NCBI RefSeq assembly: GCF_963506605.1
Contig: NC_083283.1
Location: 34,844,001 to 34,908,000, forward strand
DNA: 64,000 nucleotides
Direction: 5' to 3'
Source: Zootoca vivipara
Taxonomy: Eukaryota
The notes beneath the pieces were generated by a model. The model was not told the origin of the DNA, ran no database searches, and saw nothing but the letters and a program-made list of their open reading frames with translations. The translations under genes and the position numbers were made by a program. This document shows positions 13,504 through 24,558 of this stretch, one piece after another (the stretch's first letter is position 1; each line of letters opens with the position of its first letter).

Positions 13504-14383
13504 CACAAAGCGGAAGACTGATGCTGTGAGCTCTGATCACCGATCACTGTCTATGAGGTAAAGAGGTAACTTCTAGACTCTTCCTGAGCCTTTTGTATTC
13601 ATGTACAGTAGACTCTGGAAAAACCCTTTAACTCATGAGTCATTCCTCTAATTAATGGAAGGACATAAGGATGGTAACAAAGGTTCATTCTCATTCTACT
13701 CCATCACAGGTTTATTAAATTGGACATTGTTTTTGTTTTGATCTAAAGCCATTTTTTTGTTTCTTTTTAAAATACTATGTTAAAAATAATAATTGGCATT
13801 CCTGGCACATGTTTTCAACCAGCAACTTGAAACTAGAACATAGCAGCGCTCTGGAAGAAGGCTGGTTTTAAGTATTTTGCAAATCTGCATTTTCAAAATG
13901 ACATCTGCTTTGTCTGAGGCTCAAAAATATGGAGAGAGATTTGTAAAAGGGAATACAATTATGTCTCTGGGTTTCTATAAAGGAAGATTTTAAAGGTTGT
14001 GAACCCTGAAAATTGGTACAATGCAGAAAAATATTCAACTCCGACTTGTTCTTGACACATTTTTTTTATTTAGCAGCACTACAAGACAGCAACTATTTTG
14101 AATACTTGTGTTTGCATCTTTAAAACATTTTAATAAAGTGTATTGTTACATTCATGTATTTAACCAAAGACAAATACCAATCCTGCTTGACTTGAAAGGA
14201 ATTCAGGATAGCAAAATACACAGCACAGATAAACTGCATTGGCTAACTAACTGGAGGTTATTATACGGCATCATCAGAAGGTTTCCTGTTACCTCCCATG
14301 TGTTAAACATCAATAAAAACAATAGAAGGAGAAGGAGAAGTTGCAAGGCTGGAGTATATTTCCTAAAGCAGGTTCTCCCATAA

Positions 14384-15191
14384 AGGAGAGCATGGGTTGC
14401 GGAAGGGTTAACAAGACATCCCAGGGTGGGAGAGGCGGGTCAGTTTGGATGGCCACATGTGTGACTGGTGGATGTGCTGTTGCTGGGAAAATTTGCTTGT
14501 AGCAAGTGATTGATTGACAGCCTTACCCTATATATATGCTTAGAGAGCAGCTTTCAGTTCCACTTTTGCTGCTCACAACGAATCTCCCGCCCGCCCTCCT
14601 CTAATTTTAGGTGTTTTTGCATTGACCTTGCTGCGCCTGTCATGGGGTCGCCTGTTTTGGATCAGGGGCCTGGTAGGAATTTTGCCACTTGGCTGATTGG
14701 CTGGTGTCAGGTGGTTTTTGCCTACTACGCTGCAATAAGTCACAACTTGTAAGGTTGGCGGTTAGGCATTGGTTCAAATTGGATGGTTGAGGGGTACGGA
14801 TTTGGTTGGGCCTGCCCCTCATGGTTGCTGCTGCCTTTAGGGGTATTCCTTTAAAGGAATCCTGGGGCTATACATGTATTCCGCGGATCCCCGGTAGGGG
14901 CCAGGGCCGGGCATGAGCCTCGGGGAGCATCTGAGGGATGAGGTCAAGGGCGCGGCCCCCTGCCCCGATCTCTCCCGGTAAGGGTGCTTACCTACTGGCT
15001 CCCCTACTAGGTAGTGGGGGTCAGATCTGTCCCAGGCGGGGGACAGATGGCAAGAACCAATGCCTAAGCAACCACTCACATTCAGTTGTATTTGAATAAA
15101 GTTGTGGTCAAATTAATGCCAAAAACCTTAAACTTAAAATATTGTGTGAGGTGTGATTTATTGGGGGAATGTCTTGGTACCTCGACACGCA
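14384..15191 (+). mobile_element. LTR-like terminal repeat (possibly Ngaro/DIRS-type or ERV)
   Basis: GC-richer block with TATATATA at ~14528, AATAAA at ~15095 and a CA end. No TSD seen; boundaries approximate. Confidence 0.35.
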
Positions 15192-15874
15192 ATGACACTC
15201 TGCCTTCTACACTCCATGGTTGGCCCTCAGACTTCCTTACTGAACCACAAGTACCCAGTGAGACAATGACCCCTCAATACTAGCTCAGCTGAGGACAACC
15301 GGCTCCTCCCCTTTACATCAGTGGCCATCCCAGCTTGCTTCCTCAGATGTCGAAGTGCAACAAAAAGGCTCCTTCCATTGGCCTGGCTCAGGTCAATGAG
15401 CAATGGACTCCTCCTTGTCTTGAATTGGCATTTTCAATGGCCTGGGTTTGCTTATTTTTCTCCTCCCTCCCTTCGTCTATTGAAAACTTAACCATCTATT
15501 CACATGTATTAAATTGTAAGCCGTTGTTTTAAACTGTGAAGTGCCTTGAGTGAATTGGCAGAAATAGTAAATGAATAATAAATCAATCTATCTTGAACTG
15601 CTTTACCATTAGAGGCTTTAAAGAAGAAAACTAGATTCTTTTTTTCAGAACTAGGAAACCAGCAAGTACCTTTCTGGCAACTGGAGATCCTGAGCAAACA
15701 CTTTATGGGACTTTATGAGCTCCCCCCCCCCATATATAATAATGATGTGCAAACATGTACGTAAGGAATGTTGTTCTTTTTACAACCATGTATATCCGTG
15801 GAGCAGAGATGTGCTCTACTGTTAGGCTCCTGGCATTGCTATAGGAAGCCATCACTGGCTGATATTCCTCACTA

Positions 15875-16217
15875 CAGTGGTACCTCGGTTTACAAACACA
15901 ATTGGTTCCGGAAGTCTGTACTTAACCTGAAGCATACTTAACCTGAAGCATACTTAACCTGAAGCGAACTTTCCCATTGAAACTGGATTAATCTGTTCCA
16001 GATGGGTCCGCAGAGTACTCAACCTGAAGCGTACTTAACCCAAAGTATTAGTGTAATTGGTTCTGGAAGTCCGTACTTAACCTGAAGCATACATAACCTG
16101 AAGCAAACTTTCCCATTGAAAGTAATGGAAAGTGGATAAACCCGTTCCAGACGGGTCCGCAGAATACTTAAACTGAAAGTACTCAAACCGAAGTGTACTT
16201 AAACCGAGGTATGACTG
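15875..16217. mobile_element. Tc1/pogo-type MITE with internal tandem duplication
   Basis: TA-flanked; CAGTGGTACCTCGGTTTA / TAAACCGAGGTATGACTG TIRs; repeated TACTTAACCTGAAGC units. Confidence 0.88.
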
Positions 16218-16458
16218 TATATCATTCTGATGCTTTGTGCTCTAGCTGACCATTCTGTTGTTAGAAGCACTTGGTTTCAACAGCATGTCAGCCTGTATTA
16301 ACAATACATGCAGGATAACCCTATTATAACTTTACTTAGAAGTGATTCCCATGGAACTCAATGGGGCTGACTTCTGATTCTCTGACTTCAGTGGGACTTA
16401 CTCTGAAATAACGGTCCTTACAGATAGGGGCTTAATATTATAAAGGGCCAATCAGATA

Positions 16459-16690
16459 TAGTCAAACCTTGGTTCTCGGATGGCTCCATTTTCAAACGTT
16501 TTGGCTCCCAAACGCCGAAAAACCCGGAAGTAAATTCGAATATTTTTCGTAACCCAAACGTCCGACGCAGCTTCCACTTGAGTGCAAGAAGCTCTTGCAA
16601 CCAATCAGATGCCACGCCTCGGTTATCAAACGTTTCAGAAGCCAAACAGGCTTCCGGAATGGATTCCATTCGAGAACCGAGGTTTGACTG
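16459..16690. mobile_element. Tc1/pogo-type MITE
   Basis: TA-flanked; (C>T)AGTCAAACCTTGGTTCTCG / CGAGAACCGAGGTTTGACTG TIRs. Confidence 0.88.
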
Positions 16691-18999
16691 TATCACAAAG
16701 TTTATTGGCAACAGGTTTTAAAAAATCACAACTTATTGATTTTTCCCTCGAAAGAAAGATTTGCATTAAATATGGGATAAAATATGAACTGGCATTCTGG
16801 GGAGGGTGGGAACCCTAATAAAAAAAGCATGCACGAAAGTAGATCAGTTGAGTATAAATCTAGAGTGAATATTTTGAATAATTTCTTTTATGTAACTTGC
16901 AGATGGGAAACCGGAAGTCCTTTTTATTACTCTTCTCTTCTTTTCTTTTTTCTTTTCTGTTTTCTTTTGTCTTTCTGTTTCTGCTTTTATTTACACCAGT
17001 TTCTTTTATCTTATTGCATTATGAAAAAGTTGTAATAAAATCTTACAGTATTTTAAAAAATGCATGCATGAGGAGCATCTATATAAATAATGAACACCAG
17101 TTTGGAAGCACCCTAAATGTGCATACGATTGCAGCCTTAATATTAAGCATTGGTAATAGCAAAGGAAAAGAAGGCTTATTTAAAAATTGCTTTCAGAAGA
17201 CGAGCACCAAAATGTCACAAAATTGAGAAGATGTGTAATTCTGCACACATCCCAAGACCAAATATTTGAGATGCGATAGAAAACGGTCAGTGCTGAGTTC
17301 AGTTCATTCAAGTTCAGTACTGAAGCTCTCTCAGATTCGAAGGGAAGAAAGAAAGAAAGCATATACGGTAATCTGTTTATCAATATAATCTAGGATTCGA
17401 AACATTGTCACTTTTATGACATACTAAAATGCAAAGGGCTTTTAGCACTCTACCAGACAGTTAGCTAGATAATGCAGATTCTTTGCCTAAACAAGCACAT
17501 ACCATTTCAGCAAACAAACATCACTCATACACAAATACTCAAGCATGAGCATAATTCTTCTGTCAACTTGATCTTACAGCATTACCATATGAATGGCAAG
17601 TCTCAGAAGCATTACCGCAGATAGGAGCAAAGTAAATTAGGTTTATAATATGGAGCACAATGAAATATGAAGGCAGGATTACTATCAGTAATGATAACTA
17701 CTAGAACAGAGTTTACTCTATCACATATGTACACACACTGCTATCAACAACATACAGGAGATCTACACAACAGCAGCTTTTTCAGGAGGGGGAGATGCCC
17801 CCATATTGCTTTGGGAATTGTTCCAAAAGTTTGCACAGTCTTTTCCCTTGGATTTTAAATTTACCACCACTGACTAACTACTGTCCCTCCCAACCTTAAT
17901 TAGAAATGACATTATAGCACTACCATTAAACAGATGCTAGTAAGAAACAGTTTCAATGCTGTTTTTATCTGAATGTTCAGCTTGGCTGGTAAAATCAAAT
18001 AGGCCTATACTGGGAAACACTGAGTCGCATCTATATTTGTCATATTAGCATGTCATGTGTGCACCCTTGCAAGTCCTGGTCCATTAAAAGTCATGGAACC
18101 TATTGCTATGGATTTCAATAGTATTCTGACACCTATGATCATGTTTACTAAGTTTTTGTTTCCTTCCCCTGGAGGCTGACTGACTCTCAGGAAATTCTAT
18201 TTGTGCCTCAGCTAATGCTTCTGCAAACCAAGTTGGCACTGCACCTCTAGACTGCCTGCAAACATCGCAAGCGTTATACAATAATATATTCTAAGCAGCA
18301 ACCAGGGTCCAAAAAATGCCCATTGGAAAGCTCCAACTGAAACCCTAAAGACATGTAGAAGTCACAATAGGTGTTAACTTTTTCTGAAAGTTACATGAAC
18401 TTTTCATTTGGACTGGCTCTTGGCCCAATTCAGGATGTTGGTGTTTATCTTTTAAGCCCCAATTTTCTTGGGACCTGAATATAGATAGAATTGTCATTTT
18501 ATCCTTTTGTAAACGGTTTTGTGGGGTGTGTTTTTTTACAATGAAGGAGTGCTTTGTTTCAGGGAGTATCTCAAGGCACCTCTTTTTTGTTGTTAATATT
18601 GTGGCACTTACTGCAGCAACTTCATGGTGAGTACCAGCACCTATTTTTTTCAGGGGGGAAAGCACCGCAATCAAGTGGTGTATAAATTTTATGAAACAAA
18701 CAAATAAATAAATAAGGATTGCAGCTCAAATTGCAAAAAAGGGAAAGAGTGCTTTTCTAAAGAGTGCTTATTAAATGTTGATGAATCATCTCAATATAAA
18801 ACATGACTAGGTATGGACAGGAAGTCGTAATTGTGCGACTCCAAAAAAATGAAAAAAGCCATTTTTAGTTCTGTTTTGTTGTTTTCTATGCATTTCCTCA
18901 AATAGGCCCTGTTGGTTATTCTCGTTTGGAACATTTTATTCTCCTTGTTGTCCTGCATCTTCTTCCCTTGAAGTTAAGGCTCAGATGATACCTGTTTCA

Positions 19000-19720
19000 T
19001 TAACGTCACTTGCTTTTTCATTAGCCAAGGAAAATGAGCCTCTGCAGCATTCAAGGCAACAGCCCAATAAAGATATATTACTGTCACTTTACTCTACTAG
19101 AGCAGATGGGTCATAATAGTATGTCAGATACCAATACATTTGTAGAGTCATTTTTTCTTATCAGCTAGTTAATGAAATGAATTTCTATCACAGCATCTTT
19201 AAAATGTAATACACTCACAACTGTCTTCAAAGACCTATTTTGAACTAAATATGTTATCTATCAAAATACTCATTAAAATTAGGTGCAGGCCTACAGGAAG
19301 AGATAGATTAAATCATTGAGGCATCTGGGCCTCTTATTCCTCTAATGTGACCTCATTATATCGTAATTCGTTACTGCAGAAATTTAATTTTCGAATGCCA
19401 TGGCGTTATGGAGTGATTTTCACAGTCCCGGGATTTTCATTCTACTAACCATAAACTTTTCTATCACTTTGTACAGGAGACCTGATTATTTAGAGACTTT
19501 ACGTGAACTTTAAATGAGCAACTCTTCTAAGCGAAAACTATGCCATGTATTACCAATTACACTGAGATAAATATCTCAGCCTTCATAATATCTAGCACAA
19601 TTATCAAGACATTGGAGGAAATTGCCTAGCCGCAACAAAGGCAAGATTGATTAAAATACTTGTGTGCCAAAGTGTTGGTCACGAAATGTGTTGAAAGAAC
19701 AGATTTTTAGCAAGAAGTGA
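19000..19720. promoter_or_regulatory. Candidate highly conserved non-coding element
   Basis: AT-rich, yet many CpGs are retained in 19360-19535 (tatcgtaattcgttac, ttcgaa, ggcgtt, cccggg, tacgtg). Contains CCAATAAA and CCATAAA HOX-type motifs and no TE signature. Confidence 0.45.
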
Positions 19721-19784
19721 CCCATAGATAGTTGCATAATGTTCTAACCTTCTAGCATATTGTCCCTTACTTGCTTTATCTTTA

Positions 19785-20029
19785 AACTACAAAGCCCTAC
19801 ATGGGCTCATTGGGGAATTATATCAATTAGCATATATACATTTTATGCCAACTGGTGCCTCTTTTCAACTCTTTTTTTTTGGGGGGGGTATAATTGGCCA
19901 TCCTAGATGATATAGGCCAATTATACCCCCCCCCAAAAAAAAGAGTTGAAAAGGGGCACCAGTTGGCATAAAATGTATATATGCTAATTGATATAATTCC
20001 CCAATGAGCCCATGTAGGGCTTTGTAGTT
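19785..20029. repeat. 115-bp near-perfect inverted repeat (fold-back) at the Bov-B 5' junction
   Basis: Arms 19785-19899 and 19915-20029 are reverse complements with ~2 mismatches; 15-bp spacer. Confidence 0.95.
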
Positions 20030-20033
20030 ATAA

Positions 20034-22178
20034 TTGGCCATCCTAGATGATATAGGGCTTCTTATAGCAAAATTCCAGCTTAAACTGAAGAAGGTAGGAA
20101 AAACCACTGGGCCAGTAAGATACAATCTGAATCAAATCCCTTATGAATACACAGTGGAAGTGAGGAACAGGTTTAAGGATTTAGATTTGGTGGACAGAGT
20201 GCCTGAAGAACTATGGATGGAGGCTCGTAACATTATACAGGAGGCAGCAACGAAAACCATCCCAAGGAAAAGGAAATGCAAGAAGGCAAAATGGCTGTCC
20301 AACGAGGCCTTACGAATAGCGGAGGAGAGGAGGCAAGCAAAATGCAAGGGAGATAGGGAAAGATACAGGAAACTGAATGCAGATTTCCAAAAAACAGCAA
20401 GGAGAGATAAGAGGGTCTTCTTAAATGAGCAATGCAAAGAAATAGAGGAAAACAATAGAATGGGGAAAACCAGAGATCTGTTCAAGAAAATTGGAGATAT
20501 GAAAGGAACATTTCGTACAAAGATTACCATAATCAAGGACAAAAGTGGTAAGGACCTAACAGAAGCAGAAGACATCAAGAAGAGGTGGCAAGAATACACA
20601 GAGGAATTATACCAGAAAGATATGGAGGTCTCGTACACCCCAGGTAGTGTGGTTGCTGACCTTGAGCCAGACATCTTGGAGAGTGAAGTCAAATGGGCCT
20701 TAGAAAGCACTGCTAATAACAAAGCCAGTGGAAGTGATGATATTCCAGCTGAACTGTTTAAAATTTTAAAAGATGATGCTGTTAAGGTGCTACACCCAAT
20801 ATGCCAGCAAGTTTGGAAAACTCAGCAATGGCCAGAGGATTGGAGAAGATCAGTCTACATCCCAGTTCCAAAGAAGGGCAGTGCCAAAGAATGCTCCAAC
20901 TACCGCACAATTGCGCTCATTTCACACGCTAGCAAGGTTATGCTTAAAATTCTACAAGGCAGGCTTAGGCAGTATGTGGACCGAGAACTCCCAGAAGTGC
21001 AAGCTGGATTTCGAAAGGGCAGAGGAACCAGAGACCAAATAGCAAACATGCGCTGGATTATGGAGAAAGCTAGAGAGTTCCAGAAAAACGTCTACTTCTG
21101 CTTCATTGACTATGCAAAAGCCTTTGACTGTGTTGACCACAGCAAACTATGGCAAGTTCTTAAAGAAATGGGAGTGCCTGATCACCTCATCTGTCTCCTG
21201 AGAAATCTCTATGTGGGACAAGAAGCTACAGTTAGAACTGGATATGGAACAACTGATTGGTTCAAAATTGGGAAAGGAGTACGACAAGGTTGTATATTGT
21301 CTCCCTGCTTATTTAACTTATATGCAGAATTCATCATGCGAAAGGCTGGACTAGATGAATCCCAAGCAGGAATTAAGATTGCCGGAAGAAATATCAACAA
21401 CCTCAGATATGCAGATGACACAACCTTGATGGCAGAAAGCGAGGAGGAATTAAAGAACCTTTTAATGAGGGTGAAAGAGGAGAGCGCAAAATATGGTCTG
21501 AAGCTCAACATCAAAAAAACCAAGATCATGGCCACTGGTCCCATCACCTCCTGGCAAATAGAAGGGGGAAAAATGGAGGCAGTGAGAGATTTTACTTTCT
21601 TGGGCTCCTTGATCACTGCAGATGGTGACAGCAGTCACGAAATTAAAAGACGCCTGCTTCTTGGGAGAAAAGCAATGACAAACCTAGACAGCATCTTAAA
21701 AAGCAGAGACATCACCTTGCCGACAAAGGTCTGTATAGTTAAAGCTATGGTTTTCCCAGTAGTGATGTATGGAAGTGAGAGCTGGACCATAAAGAAGGCT
21801 GATCGCCGAAGAATTGATGCTTTTGAATTATGGTGCTGGAGGAGACTCTTGAGAGTCCCATGGACTGCTAGAAGATCAAACCTATCAATTCTTAAGGAAA
21901 TCAGCCCTGAGTGCTCCCTGGAAGGACAGATCGTGAAGCTGAGGCTCCAATACTTTGGCCACCTTATGAGAAGAGAAGAATCCTTGGAAAAGACTCTGAT
22001 GTTGGGAAAGATTGAGGGCACTAGGAGAAGGGGACGACAGAGGACAAGATGGTTGGACAGTGTTCTCGAAGCTACGAACATGAGTTTGACCAAACTACGG
22101 GAGGCAGTGCAAGACAGGAGTGCCTGGCGTGCTATGGTCCATGGGGTCACGAAGAGTCGGACACGACTAAACGACTAA
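20034..22178 (+). CDS. Bov-B ORF remnant: complete reverse transcriptase domain, APE endonuclease missing
   Basis: Uninterrupted 714 codons with RT motifs NYRTIALIS, QAGFR, FIDYAKAFD, GVRQGCILSP, YADD and FLG. The TTG start lies in duplicated flank DNA; the first in-frame ATG is at 20217. Confidence 0.9.
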   Translation: MAILDDIGLLIAKFQLKLKKVGKTTGPVRYNLNQIPYEYTVEVRNRFKDLDLVDRVPEELWMEARNIIQEAATKTIPRKRKCKKAKWLSNEALRIAEERRQAKCKGDRERYRKLNADFQKTARRDKRVFLNEQCKEIEENNRMGKTRDLFKKIGDMKGTFRTKITIIKDKSGKDLTEAEDIKKRWQEYTEELYQKDMEVSYTPGSVVADLEPDILESEVKWALESTANNKASGSDDIPAELFKILKDDAVKVLHPICQQVWKTQQWPEDWRRSVYIPVPKKGSAKECSNYRTIALISHASKVMLKILQGRLRQYVDRELPEVQAGFRKGRGTRDQIANMRWIMEKAREFQKNVYFCFIDYAKAFDCVDHSKLWQVLKEMGVPDHLICLLRNLYVGQEATVRTGYGTTDWFKIGKGVRQGCILSPCLFNLYAEFIMRKAGLDESQAGIKIAGRNINNLRYADDTTLMAESEEELKNLLMRVKEESAKYGLKLNIKKTKIMATGPITSWQIEGGKMEAVRDFTFLGSLITADGDSSHEIKRRLLLGRKAMTNLDSILKSRDITLPTKVCIVKAMVFPVVMYGSESWTIKKADRRRIDAFELWCWRRLLRVPWTARRSNLSILKEISPECSLEGQIVKLRLQYFGHLMRREESLEKTLMLGKIEGTRRRGRQRTRWLDSVLEATNMSLTKLREAVQDRSAWRAMVHGVTKSRTRLND

Positions 22179-22186
22179 ACAACAAC
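20057..22186 (+). mobile_element. Bov-B LINE (RTE clade), 5'-truncated, young copy
   Basis: Recognisable Bov-B protein; 3' end GAGTCGGACACGACT followed by a (CAA)n tail; 12-bp TSD AGATGATATAGG at 22187-22198, matching 19905-19916 and 20045-20056. Confidence 0.97.
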
Positions 22187-22583
22187 AGATGATATAGGCA
22201 CACATGAAATTTTCAAAGCAGTTTAAATATTTCCTTTTGCAAGTGGATTCTTCCAGAAGTGGAAAGAGGAGACATTAAGAATTGGGGGCAGCTTGGTACA
22301 TACTATTTCAAAGGCAGGGATCTAAGGAGAGACTAGTTCTTGACTGGGTTTTTAAATAAAAAATATTCATTTTTAAAAATCCATTTATGTCCCACTTTTC
22401 TTCCATTATGGTACCCAAGGTAAAATGCCTGCATTTTCAGGGGATTTCCCATCCAGGCTCTGACCAAACACAGAACCTGCTTAGGTAAAGCAAAGTGGTA
22501 CCATTGCATGCCTTCAGACCATACCCTAAATAAGTAGCAGAAGTACAACACTAAATGCTAAATCTGAATATTCACTCCTGCAG

Positions 22584-23197
22584 ATGTATAACACCGGTCC
22601 TGAGAGATCTACATTGGCTCCCAGTACGTTTCCGAGCACAATTCAAAGTGTTGGTGCTGACCTTTAAAGCCCTAAACCAGGCATCCCCAAACTGCGGCCC
22701 TCCTGATATTTTGGCCTACAACTCCCATGATCCCAAGCTAACAGGACCAGTGGTCGGGGAAGATGGGAACTGTAGTCCAAAACATCTGGAGGGCCGAAGT
22801 TTGGGGATGCCTGCCCTAAACGGCCTCGGTCCTGTATGCCTGAAGGAGCGTCTCCACCCCCATCGTTCAGCCCGGACACTGAGGTCCAGCGCTGAGGGCC
22901 TTCTGGCGGTTCCCTCACTGCGAGAAGCAAAGCTACAGGGAACCAGGCAGAGGGCCTTCTCAGCAGTGGCACCCACCCTGTGGAACGCCCTCCCATCAGA
23001 GGTCAGAGAGATAAACAACTACGTACCTGACATTTAGGAAATACCTAAAGGCAGCCCTGTTTAGGGAAGTTTTTAATCTGTGATATTTTGATGTATTTTA
23101 ATGTGTGTTAGAAGCCGCCCAGAGTGGCACCGGGGGGGGGGGAACCCGGCCAGATGGGCAGGGTATAAATAATTTTTTTTATTGTTATTGTTATTAT
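22584..23197 (+). mobile_element. L2-clade LINE 3' fragment interrupted by a hAT MITE
   Basis: Encodes ITPVLRDLHWLPVRFRAQFKVLVLTFKALN..GLGP...RAFSAVAPTLWNALP, followed by a 3'UTR and an (ATT/GTT)n tail. Confidence 0.9.
22678..22813. mobile_element. 136-bp hAT MITE nested in L2
   Basis: Perfect 16-bp TIR CAGGCATCCCCAAACT; TSD CCCTAAAC at 22670-22677 and 22814-22821. Confidence 0.95.
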
Positions 23198-23286
23198 ACA
23201 GAGTGGGTCTCTGCTGATGTAACAAGTGCCAGTTACCCATCCTGAATCAAAAGCTGCTCATCTATCTTGATATTTTCCTCACCCTC

Positions 23287-23290
<4 letters not shown>

Positions 23291-23338
<48 letters not shown>
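23291..23338. repeat. (AT)n microsatellite
   Basis: Direct sequence. Confidence 0.95.
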
Positions 23339-23340
<2 letters not shown>

Positions 23341-23429
23341 CAATCCAAATGAACATTTCCTTTCACATTTCTCCTCTCAAAAGGATGCAGTGAAAGTTTG
23401 CAACTTACATTGTAGCAGGGTGGTGGTGT

Positions 23430-23880
23430 GTGTTTAGTCTATCGTACAATAACATCTCCCTTATTCCATTGTTGCAGCTCTTTTCATTTTCTCCCTGGCT
23501 ATTCTCCGACAGCTGCAAGCCAAGCTGCAATCTGCTGCCAGTGGCTCTCTCTTTTTCCCCTTCTTTTCTCTGCCCCCCCTCCTTTGCCCTTCAGGCTTTC
23601 TTCGCCATTGTGATGCATTAATGAAGTAGAGCTGCCCTGTCAGACTTCATCAGCAGTCCCGTGAAGGAAGAATGAAATCACTTCTATTGACCCACTGGCA
23701 TATTTATAAGCTCCCGCTTTTTGCTGAGCATGGTAGTTATCACCTTGCCATCCTCATGTTGTGTTTATTCAGCAGCAAGCTAAATCACATCTGTGCACAA
23801 ATGGGACATTAATCAGGAAACGAAAGCCACTCATAAAGACAGCCGAACCTATCTAATTACCACCAGAGCTTTCACATTCT
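23430..23880. promoter_or_regulatory. Candidate conserved non-coding element
   Basis: TE-free unique block with E-box (CAGCTG), CTGTCA and TTAAT motifs. Inference only. Confidence 0.3.
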
Positions 23881-24558
23881 ACCCATCGTCCCATGGATTC
23901 TCTTCTCCTTCCCCAAAAACAATTAAGACAACCCTCTGAGCTCACACCGTTCGCCATTTTCCTGGAACCAATTTCTACCTTTTTTGCCCTTGTTAGGATT
24001 GCCCAAGTGCATTCTGTGCAGGCTCAGTAGCATTGCCAAAGATGCTCATCAGGGTGCACAGATAGGAAGAGTTCACTCTTTTCTCCTACATCATGGTGGT
24101 GATGAAAATCCCACCCATACACCCAGGCTGCTTCCACTGGCACCATTGGGACTTCCTATTTATATACAGTAGCCTCTTAGAATAACCAAGAGACACTTTA
24201 TGTACATCGGACAGAATCCACCCAACATTAAGCACTTGTGAGATGCATTTATTTCAAGGGGAAAGTACGAAACTGTTTTGTTTTGTTTGTTTGTTTATTT
24301 ATTTGTTTGATTATTTAGCTAGTATACTGCTTCATATTTCAACAGAAATTTCTAGGCTTGCATATAAGAATGCAATGCAATTTCCCCTTTCAGAAACAAA
24401 CTATATATGAAACATACAGTATATTTAAAAATAATGGGGGGAACAATACCACAGTATTAGTGCCATTGTTTCCCCCCCCCCATTATTTTTAAATATATAT
24501 TTAACACTAATATATAACATAACATAACAACACAACATAAAACATAAGGCCTTAAAAC

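Noticed and set aside
13197-13547. Stack of overlapping ORFs on both strands (similarly at 28811-29814, 32611-33006 and 35252-36311)
   Set aside because: They coincide with TIR/TSD-bounded GC-rich MITEs. Stop codons are rare in GC-rich DNA and the peptides are low-complexity (A/R/G/P), so these are not host genes or host CpG-island promoters.
15900-16200. CRISPR-like periodic repeats
   Set aside because: Eukaryotic DNA; the repeats lack unique spacers and lie inside a TIR-bounded MITE.
20034-20056. TTG 'start' and N-terminal MAILDDIG of the 714-aa ORF as a new chimeric gene
   Set aside because: It comes from the 28-bp duplicated flank, is a non-ATG start, and has no evident promoter.
20141-22150. 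Long antisense ORFs (193, 135 and 171 aa) inside Bov-B
   Set aside because: Shadow ORFs of the RT reading frame, with no independent signal.
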